Source: Diadema antillarum
Lineage: Eukaryota
Assembly (NCBI RefSeq): GCF_040938485.1
Contig: NW_027270935.1
Coordinates: forward strand, 992,001 to 1,056,000
Direction: 5' to 3'
DNA length: 64,000 nt
The notes under the pieces are model-generated. The model was not told where the DNA came from. It did not search any database and saw only the letters and a program-made list of their open reading frames with translations. The first letter of the stretch is position 1. Every line of letters begins with the position of its first letter. Below are positions 12,037-25,500 of the stretch, piece after piece. A program made the position numbers and the translations under genes.

Positions 12037-12995
12037 TAAATCTTCTAGTCTGAAATAAACTACCGAGTACCATATTTTGTCTGCATGTCATGTACTAGTT
12101 GGGAATATTCTTAGCTCTGCAGTGAAACACAGATTGTGTCAGAAATACTGTACCTGTTAAAGTGCAGCAGTATTCTATTCACATCAAGTCAGTATTATAA
12201 ATGTCACAGAAAAGAAAGAAAAAAAAATGCCCACAGTAGATTGCTGCATTTATATTGTCTGTACTTTGCACAATGTCTTTTACTGGTATTCATCATATAT
12301 CTGATTTTCATGTAAATTTATACCGAGCTTATAAATGCATTACAAATATTTGCCAAATACCTTAGACACCAGCAAGTACTGTGACATGATTTACATGTTT
12401 TTATCCTGTCCATAGTGTAGAACTGAACATGTATCCTTCAAATATAGTTTAGGAATGCTGTGAAACCAGAAATTTTGGCATGCATCAAACTTGCACGAAT
12501 ATTATGAGGAGCCAAAAATTACAAAAGTAAAAAGTGCACGTAAGTGTTAGTCTACACAGTGCATTGAATGGCAGTGGCAATCTGCAAAAATCTCATGGTT
12601 TTAAGATAGTGCTGTATATGAAGTACCTTGGTAGCATCTATTCTATGAAAGGGACGGAACCATTGTCAATCTGTGTTGAACATGAGAAGGAAAAAATTCT
12701 GTCAACATCAAATTTTAACACATTGTGAAGCAGAGGTAGTGCCGAAATGCAGATTTTTTTTACCACTTTACTTCCATTCCATGCAAATTTGATATTCTAT
12801 TTTTCATGACCTTCGTCCGTCATATTTGTTCCTGTTATGTAATTCTTTCCACAGCTGTACTCAGTTTGCCTTTTGTACAGTGTATTACCAGTGTTCTTTG
12901 AGATAAAGCATTACATGTGACTTGCTAGCTATATTTTCACGAGTGTTTTATTTCTTTTAATCTTTTCAAGATGTGTCAATTTTAGTTGACATCTG

Positions 12996-13152
12996 GGCCC
13001 CATTTCATAAAAAGTAGACATGATAGCAAGTCTTGTTGGAATGGCAATTGTCATGGTAACGACAAGAATCCAGCTTCCTGATTGGCTTGTGTTTTGGGAA
13101 GTTGCCATTCCAGCAAGAGTTGCCATCCTAACATCTTAAATGAAATGGGGCC
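12996..13152. mobile_element. GGCCCCATTTCA-family MITE, copy 2
   Basis: Perfect 13-bp TIRs GGCCCCATTTCAT and ATGAAATGGGGCC, with internal CTGATTGGCT and GCAAGAGTTGCCATC. Confidence 0.65.
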
Positions 13153-13369
13153 GTGGTCATGTGTTACATATTATTTAGCCCAACTCGGGCCAGGAGTATT
13201 GCAGTGAATTTGTTCCATGTCATCTCCACACTTGCATGAGAGGATAAGCATACCAATTACTTATAGCTACCAACGGTATTGTGTGCACTGATGAATTTCC
13301 ATCACTAATGAGAAACTCTTCGACACAACAAACACAGCCACAGCACAACAAAAACTGAGATATTCAGTC

Positions 13370-13375
13370 TTTATT
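13370..13375 (-). terminator. Candidate poly(A) signal of a long WDR26 3' UTR
   Basis: AATAAA on the minus strand followed by a GT-rich downstream element (complement of ACAACAAACACAGCC). Assignment to WDR26 is an inference. Confidence 0.3.
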
Positions 13376-14844
13376 TCTTCTTTTTTTATCTTTTAAATTC
13401 ATAGTCTCAAATAGGACTGACAACTCACTGCTCAAGACAATATTCTATCTCTTACTGACATATATGGATACCCTAAACAAATCCTTCCTAAGACACATAC
13501 AGAAGTGCTGCAATACCACTTCAACATACGCTTCGTCTAATTGTATTTTAGCCAAAAACTGCTGTAGTGTACCATGAATGGTCTCTGAGACACCCAGGGC
13601 ACACGTATCTGGTCAATCAACGTGTATCAAAAGACATTCCAGTTTGTGCTTGGGACTGGTTTATCAGTTCATTTTGCTGTTCATTACTTTGTTTAATTTT
13701 GAATTCTAGATAAGGAGCATGTGGTAAGGAATGTTGCACAGAGATTTCAAAATCTGGTGGTAAAGGAAAATACAAGTCTGAACACTGACCATTAAAGTTG
13801 GCTACCTTTGATCTCTACACATTTTCTCCTGGTCACAGTGAAAGTTGACATACACACTGCTAAAATGCTCTGTTTCCAGTACATTGTACCAAGAAAAAAT
13901 ACCAGTACACCAAACCCTGTTTTATAAACACCACTTGTCTTGACTAAGATCACAAAAATCATTTAATTGGTAGGTAAATTATATGTGGCATACCAGGAGT
14001 CAAGAGAAGGGGGAAACTATATCAGCAACTACCACAATATTCATATTATTGCTGACTTAAAAAAAAAAAAATGAAATGGGCAAAGTGACAAAGGGGTGGG
14101 TAGGGGAAGGGTAAGCACCAAGTGTAAAATTAAATGGTATTCAACTACACAGGAGTGACCAAATAAGTGCTTTGAGAGATTTAACCATCAAGAACGTAAA
14201 AATATGGCACAGTCATGGAGTTTCTAGCACAAAATCGAATGTGACATGCCCAGAGAAAATGTCTTGGATTAACTCCCCCCGAGGAAAAAAAGGAAGAACT
14301 ACAATGTTCTGGACTTGTTACTGCAACATAAAACAAAAATATCTGTACATACAACCCACACTCTGGACTGCTAAAATCTGTAAGCTCCTCAGCTTTGTCA
14401 AAAGTTTTGCTTAGTTTACTTATTTTTTATTAACTTTTTAAATTATAAGATCGTAATTGCAACTGCATACTTTCTCAATAGGGCCCTCTTTTCTTGTTGA
14501 CATGACACAGATAAGCACTTGGGGGGATATTGCAAAATATTACTACAAAATACTGCATGAGTCAAAAAGACATCTTTGGGAGGGCAATAACTATTAATGC
14601 CCCCAAGAAATGAAGGCCCGCTACCATAATGATCATTGTCGTTCAAAATATTGCCTCAACGATGATAAGAGGGAGTAGGCAATGAGTGGTATCACTTCTT
14701 ATACATTGAAACATAGGAGAGTGCACTTTTCACAGAAAAACTAACAAAATGACGAACAAAATGAAACAAAAAATAATATTCAAGAGTACAAATACCACAA
14801 TGTTGCTGCATATAAAGAACTGTATGCGGCATTGGTATACCCCA

Positions 14845-15003
14845 GGGCCCCATTTCAAAAGCGATATTATGATAGCAATTCTTGCTAGAATAGCAAATTC
14901 CAATAGTGACAGCCAATCAGGAAGTGGGATGTGTGTCATTACCCTGGCACTTGCTGTTGCAGCAAGAGTTGCCATCATGTCAATTTTACATGAAATGCAG
15001 GCC
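14845..15003. mobile_element. GGCCCCATTTCA-family MITE, copy 3
   Basis: Ends GGGCCCCATTTCA and TGAAATGCAGGCC; shares the GCCAATCAG core and GCAAGAGTTGCCATC with copy 2. Confidence 0.6.
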
Positions 15004-16095
15004 ACACCGCCAATTGGTATGACTCCCCTTGTACCACCAGTAACAATACTGCATTGTAAATCATTGGCATTTTAAAGAAATGGTCCTGAGAGGGGGTGAC
15101 CATACAGGCCAGGATCTCACATGAAACTTTAGAGGGGAGAGGGGTGCAAACTTTTACAACTGTTAAACCAATAGACCTTCATGAGATAACCATTACTTCT
15201 ACTTAACCCCATCATGACATGAGTATTTGATGCATAAATATCATGCACATAGACTGGAGGGAGCAGGAAAAAAAAAAAGAGAGCTCTTAAGTTGAGCACT
15301 AAACACAAGGTGACCATGAAATTACAATGATATCAAACACTTCAACCTAAAAACAATAAATAATAATGAATAAAGGCAGTGCTGTAGACACCACCATCGA
15401 CTCTGCCATTTTCACTGGCAACTCCATAGTGTGTAATGCTTAAGATTCATTTAAGTGTCAGTGACAAAGTGCCCCAAATAGAATTCCTTCCATACCTCCT
15501 AACCCTCCCCATCCATCCCCCAGCTCTTTTCCACTCCGATCCACTCCTCTTCCCTCTTTTTAGAATGGGGGAAGATTACCTCAAACAGCAGACTCTTCTC
15601 TATGAAAGTGGTAAAAATAAAAGGAACTGAGAAAACAAAAGTGGGGGGAAATTAGATATCTATTCAGAAATATCAAATCAGTAAAATCACTCAGAACAGA
15701 CAGCCATTAGTTGGTATGGACACAATAAAATGGTCAGATTTGTTCATGTGAATTTGTACATATACACAATGTACTTGTTATCACTTGTGCAGACTGTCCA
15801 CTTATTATAAAAAGAACAACAAATCTGAAAATCTTATTCTTGTCAGAGTTTCATGATACATGAATAACGAAAACTGTTTTTGGGAAGTGAACAAATATGA
15901 TGTACTCATACATGTGTATTACAAATTAAGATTTACTTCCTGTAAGAAAATATGACATCATAAACAAAAAAATAAATAGGAAGGAGTTACACACAGAAAG
16001 GGATTAATCTTAAATCATGATAAACATGTACTGATACATTTACATCATAATTTAAGATTAATCTTTCTCTGCAAGAATGATCTAACAAGACTCAT

Positions 16096-17292
16096 AGCTG
16101 TGCATTCCCTGAATACGACATAAATACCAGACATGAATAAACTGTCGTAAGAAGAAAAAAATAGACTCAAATTGTTCTTCCCCTTTTGTTAATTTCTTGC
16201 TGCCTCAACATCAGTAAGCTTTGATGGACGAGATAAATGGGAAGGATTACACACAGAGTCATCAGAGTCACACAACACAAACACACCTCAGGGTGGCTGA
16301 TGGGACACCAAATGGGCACAGGTAAATGGTGATACCTTTTGTAGTAAGTTTAGAGGGTCAAATATCAACTGATGTTTGCTATTCACAATCCTGTCCTGTT
16401 GAGTGCTTGCATTCAAATCGTTTCTTTCTCGGGAGTAAAAATTTCCTGAATCTGTTGAACTACTTTGACTTGGTTGCTCAGAGCACAAGAATAATGAGCA
16501 CAGAAGAGACACGAGATACAAAGACAGATGAGGTGATGACAGTAGGGACAGTGCGTGGGTTAAACTGTGCAGCATCATGGTTACCGTAGCAACGGAGGTT
16601 GGAGTTAAAAGGTGGAGGAGGAAACAGCATTGAAGAGCAAGAACAAACCACATATTTAGTGAGCACATTACAAATCCCCAACGGGACCTGGGAGGTGGAA
16701 GAGAGACTCTCTTCCACCTCCCCAAAAGGACAGCACTGCAGGTGGAATGTTTGGCATCTTGCGCTGTTCACTTACGACAAAGCCCGCCCTCTATCATCAC
16801 TTGCAGGGAGAGATGTCTACTTTGTCAAAGGAGGCAAGATGTGGAAACAGATGTGACATACATATTGGCATTTCACGTTTTCATCAACGCTGTTCATTAC
16901 TGCAGTGTCATTCCCAAATAAGTAGCTATCAAGAAATCTGTAATAATTTTCATATCAGCGCACAGAACACAGGAGCTGTTACCAGCAAAAAATGTTCCCA
17001 CTATGTAATGATCTACTGACCTGCTTATAAACAGACACAAGTAATACCTACGATATTGCCGTACCTCAAAACTCTTCGTAATCACTGAACCACAATGTTT
17101 GCCATGCATCTCTTGGCCGTCAAGCAATATACTGCTGTTTCTGTCATATTATACTTGTGCAACAGAACAATCTAAAAACTCCTACAGCTGTGCATTCCCT
17201 GAATACGACATAATTACATGACATGAATAAACTGTCATAAAAAGAAAAAAATAGACTCAATTTGCTCTTCCCTTAGTTAATTTCTTCCTGCC
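16096..17292 (+). repeat. Pair of ~110-bp direct repeats (16096-16204 and 17186-17292)
   Basis: Both start AGCTGTGCATTCCCTGAATACGACATAA and run to GTTAATTTCTT(G/C)CTGCC with few differences. Confidence 0.75.
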
Positions 17293-18025
17293 CTGAGAGT
17301 TGATATTTCAAATCAAGTCCTGCAATCAAAGCTGGAAATAAAAATAATCTTAACAATGAATCTCACTCAGAAGACCAATGATATTTTTACCAAAATTAAA
17401 AGCAAATGAAAAATAATGCAAATATCATCCACATCAGTGGTACAAATGGGCATCCTTAAATTCACAATGTGCTGTCTGAAGGTGACCATGAAATTTCCTA
17501 ATATTGGTTACTAAACAGAAGAGACACAATTGCCAGTAGAAGGAAGAGATGTGCTATAGCCAATGGTGATGACTAAATCCATCAGTCACATACTTTTTAG
17601 TAGTGTAAGTTGGGGTTGGTGAAAAGCACTCAATTGCTGAGTTCATTGCTATGTTTTTCTTGAATACCCACTGGAATATCTAGAGATTCTTTCATTTTGC
17701 ATGAATGCTTTTTACGTTCTGGAAATGGGAACGGAACTACTCTTATTCAAAACAATATATGAGGAACCTGAAACACTCAGGGTGGTCAACACAGGACAAA
17801 ATCTCTGTAACTAACCACAGACTGACCACAGTCCAGTGCTAGAATGTGTCCTGGTTCAGTTAAGATTCCACATCAGCATGCTAGCATGCAACATCTTTAT
17901 GAAATCAATGGATGGACCATGTCCAGTGGGCTCTCCATTTACTCTAGGAAAATACCGCTTGTATGCCAGCCACATCTCGTCTACATCTTCCAGAGATCAT
18001 TTCCTCCATAAATGGAGGGAGAGAT

Positions 18026-18026
<1 letters not shown>

Positions 18027-18058
<32 letters not shown>
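18027..18058. repeat. (AC)n microsatellite
   Basis: Pure AC run. Other simple repeats: (CT)n ~3368-3388, poly-G ~6856-6882 and ~19814-19846, (CA)n ~38045-38072, (TA)n ~46938-46988. Confidence 0.9.
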
Positions 18059-18060
<2 letters not shown>

Positions 18061-19476
18061 GAGAATGTACCAACCCTAATTTCTCCTCTACAGACAGTTC
18101 AGATAAGCAACAAAGTATGTAACAAAGAATAAGACTAGAAAAAGGACATTAATGTTTTAAAAAAAACAACTAAACAATAACTTCACATTCATCATTACTA
18201 CATGTCTAAAATTTCAGTATATTTGCACTCTTTCATACTTTTCAAAGTCCTAATAAAATTCCCATTTCCTTTGACAATACACATTACACATGCTCCATTC
18301 TCCTTCAATTCAAGACACTCGGGCAAATACTGAACTTTTCTGAGCCAACATTTTGTTCACCAAACATCTGAAATTGTGCTCTTTACAGCATCTGACACTA
18401 TGCTCAGTGCCAGAACAGATGTCTACACACAGTGGCAGCTAGCTGTGTTACACTCTGTGTGACTTACACATTGATGCCAGCTACTGATGTACACGCCTAA
18501 TTTCTCACCAGATGCAGAACAAGTTTTCATGCAACAATTTACATCAAACACTGGTTTTTCGCCACATGTCTGACACCTCCTGCACACACTTCTTGAATCT
18601 GGCCAGAATTTGTGTGTCAGAGGGCTTTATGTTCTCCCAACCATTCACTGGTCAATTTCTGTACATACACACCCATGAGCACGCACACATACAAACACAC
18701 ATACACACACACAAACACACACACACATGCACGTACACAATATCTAGCCATGGATTACATTTGAATCTTCTCCCATTCAGAATGGGAAGAGAGAGCAAGA
18801 CAGAGAGATAGAGAAAGAGAAAGAGAGGGACGTGTTGGTACAGCGATGTAAAGCTTTGAGTGTTGAGACACGAGTTATACACTTGCAACTGCCTGTATGT
18901 TCAGCACACATTTCACTCAGCACGTCAGATCATTTGTACAAACTTCTCTGACGCTCTATGACAAATGTAACACAGGTTTCCGAGATGAGTCAGTACACAT
19001 GAAATCTGCCTCCACTTTTTCTTTTTTCCAGTCGCTTACAGACCGGGAAATGCAGCAGCCACACGGGAGATGAAAGCGAACAGTCACAACATGCCACAGG
19101 CCGTAATGCTCCTCAGCAGAAATAAGAGTAGAATTGAGTGCAGTCCTTCCCAGTCGCATGGCAAAGCGAAAGTTTCACAACATTTTGTGCATCACATACA
19201 GGTCTTCCTGTTCAGAAAGTGTACCTCCCCTCTCGTCATCATTCTGACAATGAACACAGTATCATCGCCCCTCCTGGCCTCTCGTTTCCTCTCTGTCATT
19301 CCTGCGGAGGTGCCACGCCCTGTGTCCAGATCATGCAGCCAACCTAGCAGCTGGGCATCGGGGCGTGGGTTCCCATACACATGTCCTTCCTCCTGCACAC
19401 TGTGAGAGCATGTCACGCATAATATTACAATCCTTGGGGTATCTAGTCTCTCTGGTCATCCCGTCATCTGTCTCCG

Positions 19477-19812
19477 TCAAACCTCCGTGCTTCCGTCACT
19501 TTCTGCAAGAGATGCAAACAGAGGAAGGAGATACCCAATACTCATCACACTGCAATTCTCCACAAGTAATCTGATTCACAATTCAAAATCTCAATTTGTC
19601 CTCTATTGACCAGACCAACAGACTTCAAAGTATGACATCTGGGTCCCATTTTATCAAAAGATTAAATTGATTTTAAATTTCTTACCACACAGGCTGCCAT
19701 AGACTTACAGTTGAAATCAACAATTTTAACTCTTCATAAAACAGAGACCCTTGTGTGTTTGACATGATAGTCTGAGAATACAATATACTGATCAGGAAAA
19801 CTCAATAGTTTG

Positions 19813-19847
<35 letters not shown>

Positions 19848-22558
19848 GAAGGTCGTGAACAGCGGTGGACTCATGCCAGTTTGATGCTGACAGCATAAAA
19901 GCTAGAAATATCTCTTTTTAATTCCCAGTTGCATTCCACCAAAAACTGCACCTTTTCCTCCATATGAAAACCAAACAATGCCTTCCACAGTCAAAGAAAC
20001 TAAAAGCATGATCCGACAAACAAAAATTCTTGGCTCACTTCTAGATGCTTGCCTACAATGCGCCATTAAAACAAACAAGAAACACTACTTGCACATGTTG
20101 CGTTACATCATATGTCATTTCGAGATAAAGTTTAGTGAAATCAAGGAAACATGAAAAGAATAGCAACATCCTTACGAGCAGGCATTTGCTCTGTATCACA
20201 TTTCAGCATTTCTCACCCGAGGATTCGTCAGGTCCCCAAACCCTGATGGTGGTGTCGTCTGAAACGGAAACTAGCATGTTGGGAAGCACTGGATTCCACG
20301 CCACACAGTTGACTGTCCTGGTGTGGCCCTGCAATACTGAAATTGGCAACTCCTGCTTTGTGTGCCACACATATACATTGTTATCTGCAGAAAAGACAGG
20401 TAAGAAATCATTTGACATTGCAGGACTACATACATGCACACACATGTCTGTAATAGTGATGTTGTGACAATATATCATGCATAACAGTCACTGAGAAAAT
20501 AGCTGATAAAGGATGCCTATACCCACCTTCAAAACCTCAGATCTATCTCGACAGCGTTTCTCACATGATTATAGCAGGACCTCTTTTCATCGCACAGAAT
20601 TGATTGCATACATTGTTATACTTGCTACCTTGTCTGAATCCACGAATATTTAAGAAACTTCATATTGTTTTGTTTCTCACTTGATCAAGGTGAAATACAT
20701 GTCTGCATCTTGAATTTCTGTTGCAATTTCTGAAGTTTTGATGTTTACTTTTCCTTTGTTTTGAATGAATTCAGTTTATCTACATGGTTAAAATAAAGGC
20801 AGAAAACACATCCATTGTGGCAGGATGTAAAACATAAAATACATGACGGAGGGACTTCGCACTTAACGTTAAACCAGCCCATTTGAAATGTCAAGAGGCT
20901 TTGGATACAGTAGGTAAAAAAAATAACAACAGGACAAACCCCAGTGAATCTTACCCTCTGGTCCACCAACACAACATGCCTTTAGTTTACCACATGTGCA
21001 TTAAATAAAAATGAAAATTAATGAAATCAAACCAGCTTGAACACAAAATTCTTATCCATCACTCCAATGAACTTGCATTATAGAAAATATACACAAAGCA
21101 ATAAATAACTACTGCTAATTTTTTTGAAGTAGTGCATCACAGAAAATATACGCTAAGCAATAAAACAACCACTGCTGTTTGTTTGTTTGTTTAAGTAGTG
21201 GGTTCTCACCTTCACTACCACTTGCCACAAACTTCTCATCTACCCCGCCGAAGCAGGAGTGTATCGTGTAGAAGCCGTGCGTGACCCCCTGGAACTTGCG
21301 TATGAGCAGCTTGTCCTTGATGTCCCAGAGGTGGACGCCCTGGTAGGCCACGCTGAGCAGGGCCTGGCGCTCGTCTGAGCTGATTGTGAAGGACATGATG
21401 GAGTGGTCTTCCTGCAAACTGGGCGGGACAACAAACAAAGAGCAGGTTCAAGGAGTGACAGGAGATGATAACATTTATGTAGTGGAAAAACAGACACCCT
21501 TGATGATCTGCCACTGCAAATGATTATTTAAAGAAAAAAAAACTAGAAGCTTGCCACCACCATCTCCAGTTAAAGCCTCACAGTTAATGAGACATAGAAT
21601 CATAATCATAGATGTAACGTGACATTTTTTCTGTCACTCTTGACTTTGTTCCTCTTTGTCTATGACCAGCATCATCACATGATAACACCACTCAACAGGT
21701 TGATAAACTAAAAATTCTGAAATATTTGTCAGATACAGAATGTAATATAAGGACCCTATTTCACTTTCCCTTGAAGTAACTAGTTATTAATATACCAACT
21801 TCAGAGAAAAAAAACAAACATATTTCATGTTCATTTCCACCTCGGAACAGGAATCAAAACTTTGTGACAGATACACGGGATGATAAAAGAATATGGTCCC
21901 AAGCAAAACCTTACAATGGCTGCTGGTTTACACTAGACATGAACTTACACATGCTGGTCTGTGAGGTCATCAAAGTTGTACGCCCTGATACGATGATGAG
22001 TATCAGCTGCTAACACTGTCTTGCCATCTTTCTTCATACACAGACATTGGACTCGGACACCTTCCCAGGTATCCAGCACATTACCATCTAAGTCCTGGGA
22101 AGGGAGAACAAATTGCCAGCAAACAGGCATATTTAAACAAACAAAAAAAGGCAGATACATCAAATTTCCCATATCTATTCAGTGAGGAAAAAAGCATGCA
22201 GAAAGAAAAGAATAATAATTAACAGAAACAACAAAGTAAGCACTTGGCTATCAGATAATCTACTCATTATTTTTAACATCCTATGAATTGGTGAAGCAAT
22301 TAACAGCCATTCTGATCAGGGATCATGTAAGGTGTTAAAGGCAGCCGATCGCCATCCCTAATGGTACGTAAACTCCGAACGACCGAAGTTTGTGCATGCA
22401 ATTGCGCAATGGCAGACTCGATGCTATATCCATAAACGTGTGGGACAATGCTACCACTGAGACAAGTGTGTGTGTGTGCGTGTGTGTGTACGCATCATAC
22501 ACAAACATTGTCACCGCGAGCTGCGGTGATTGGAGGAGAGAGGCCAGAAGACGCTGCG

Positions 22559-22591
<33 letters not shown>

Positions 22592-25500
22592 GTGTGCGTG
22601 TGTGTGTACGCATCGTACACAAATATTGTCACCGCGAGCTGCGGTGATTGGAGGAGAGAGGCCAGAAGACGCGTGGCTCTTTTGGCCTCTCTTCATGCGC
22701 ATGCGCACTGAGAGTGTGCGTCCATTCGGAAGCTCTCGGGACAGCCATTTTGGGTTAGGAGATAAGCACAGGGAGCTCTCTTGTAGCCTACCGTATTTTC
22801 GCTGACCCATTGAGCCAGCGCTATTCTCATTCGGGGGTCACTACATTTGATACAGAATGGGGGAGGCAGCGTGTTGCGTTCGTCTCCGTGCCGCACAAAC
22901 CACTCGCCACGACTGAGTGTCTTTAAAGATACAAAGCATGCATCATCACATGCATGTGATAAATTCCACGGATGTGATCTTCAAGTGCATTGTTTTTCAC
23001 AGTATGAATCCTTATTGTGGATAATTAACAGCAGTCAACCCTACAGAGAAACTTCTCAACCAGCAAACTGTTCAAAATGGGATACAAAGGATGTATCTAC
23101 ACAATGGCAGCAATTCTCAGGATCAGTAGGCATACATTGATTATGCATTAACTGCAAGTACATATTAACAAAGCATTCTGTCTCTGTTGGAAGCAGATTA
23201 ATATGAAGACTGCACATTGATAATTCAATGAGTGACCAATCACACCTTCAAATATGAAAACACATACTGCATAGGTTGTTAATTTTGCAGTATTTTTATT
23301 TGGGTACATTTGGTGAGTCGACCAATATTCGCTAAATCGGCAGCTGTCGAAAATATTGCCTCCCATGACAAAAATGTGTTTGATATTGTATCCATGGTGA
23401 GGATGCTTCCTTTCCATTTGTCAATTTGGTTCTTGCCCACAAATTCAACCACTCGCACAGTTGCCCACATTGCGAAATGTTACACTCACAAAATACATGA
23501 TGTAGTTAGAATGACACAAAGTCACCCTGTGCTCACTACAGGACAAAACTCAAACAACCTATTTCTATGGTCGATCATAATTCCCATTTATTCATGTGTG
23601 CATCACAACCTTTAAAGAAGCAATAGATGAAAGTGGATGGAACAATGGACGATAATAATTTACTCACGCATTGATAGAATTGCCCTCTTGTCCCACCCGT
23701 CACAAATCTCCTGCAGTCAGCATTCCACGAGGCACTTGTCAAGCAGTCATCAGCTGACTGGCTCATCTTGGGTTTCACTTCACCTGTCTGTCAACAAATG
23801 AAACGGGCAATTATGATTTCATGGTGAGCTGCTACAAATAAAAATCAAATAAAAATCATACCGTAAAAAATCTTCACTGTGATCGGAGTGTTCTAGAAAG
23901 CCCAGCCTCATTGTCCATGTTACCCCAGCATAGCCAGGTACCCTTCTTTACACATGGGTTAAAAGACAGACAAAGTAGATAAAACTTTCATCCAAGGACA
24001 TTTGCACAGTAAGTGTGCTGGGCAGGACAATTTAAATTCCGAGATGAGTCAGTACATATGCAATCTGCCTCCACTTTTTTTTGTTTTTGTTTTTGTTTTT
24101 GTTTTGTTTGTTTGTTTGTTTGGTTTTTTTTGGGGGGGGGGTTCTGCTGCAATTACATGCACTGACTCTTGAATGGCAATAACTCTAATATTTTTAGATT
24201 TTCTTCTCTGAACTTTGATTCATTAACTTTACCCCTTGTAATATCACTGTTTGATCTACAACAACACTCTCATGAGTACCGTAAATAATGGTGTATTAAC
24301 GGCACCCCTTGTTTTGGCCATCAAAGGGGGGGGGGGGGGGGGAATATCTGCCTGGGCTATCTCCTCATATTTTTGTTTATGAACATTTGATCCGATTTTC
24401 CTCATGACATGATGAAGCTATCTTTTTGCAGGGTTGAACGAACATTTCATGCCTAAAATGATTTATCCTTATTTTTATTAGACACCAATTGAATAAAAAG
24501 AATACAGAATCATAACATTTGCAATCATACCAGTAGGTATTGGGTGTAGGTATTGGCTGTAACGGTGTATAAACCACACCCTGAATTTTAACCAGTTTAG
24601 TTGGGGGAAAAATGGTGTGGTTAATTCACCGTTATTCATGGTATGCATTTGCAATATTCCTTTGTAGATCAGTCATTTTACGTCTTCTACCCATTTCCTC
24701 ACCTCAACATTCCAGACCCAGAGTTCTGAGGAGTCCTCAGGACCACACACTATGAGGTATTTACTGTCTGGACTCCACGCCAGGAATGACACGCCAAATG
24801 CGTGACCTTCCAACGTCTTCTTACGCTTCAGCTCCAGTGTTTCCTGCATCACAGAAAAAAAAAAAGCATGAAGAGGTTTTCAAATTATTTGTAAACTTCA
24901 TTCATTGCCCTTACAGTGATAACTTTAAAGGCTAAAAGCTCCCATTGGCCCGAATTCACGAAGGTGGTACAAATGAAGCCATGGTTTAAACCATGGACAA
25001 AAACTATGGAGCGCCAAGTGTCGCATGGAATATTTCGTTACGAAATTGTTCATTTCGTCGACAAAATTACCCGTTTCGTTAATGAAATTATCATTTCGTG
25101 GACGAAATGTTCATTTAGTTACAAAATGTTGTTATTTCGTTACAAAATAATCATTTCATCGACGAAATGACTGATTTCGTAACGAAATATTCCATGCGAC
25201 ACTTGGCGCTCCATAGTTTTTGTCCATGGTTTAAACCATGGTTTCATTTGTACCACCTTCGTGAATTTGGGCCATAGAGACCACGGTTTATACGAGTTAC
25301 ATTTGCTGCAAAAAGCCATGTGAAGCTGATCCAAGAACAACAGATGCAGCTTTGACATTAATGCCTTAAAAGTCTTGGGTATTGACATCAAACTTCAGTG
25401 AAGTGTCAGAGAACAAGACAGTTCCTAATTTTGTAGTGGCACAACTACCATTTCACCATAAAGATATGGCAAAAATCTTGATTGATCCACCTGAAAATGA

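Noticed and set aside
16288-17127. Cluster of overlapping 76-145 aa ORFs
   Set aside because: No recognisable motifs or consistent splice structure; probably WDR26 3' UTR or intergenic sequence.
18956-19574. GC-richer ORFs next to the WDR26 end as extra coding exons
   Set aside because: WDR26 closes with a short last exon (ESDGSTEV*, stop at 19477), so this region reads as 3' UTR.
25035-25200. CRISPR-like look of the regularly spaced TTTCGT..ACGAAA palindromes
   Set aside because: Spacers are only 5-7 nt, repeats are degenerate, the context is a eukaryotic intron with no cas genes, and the array is enclosed by foldback arms.
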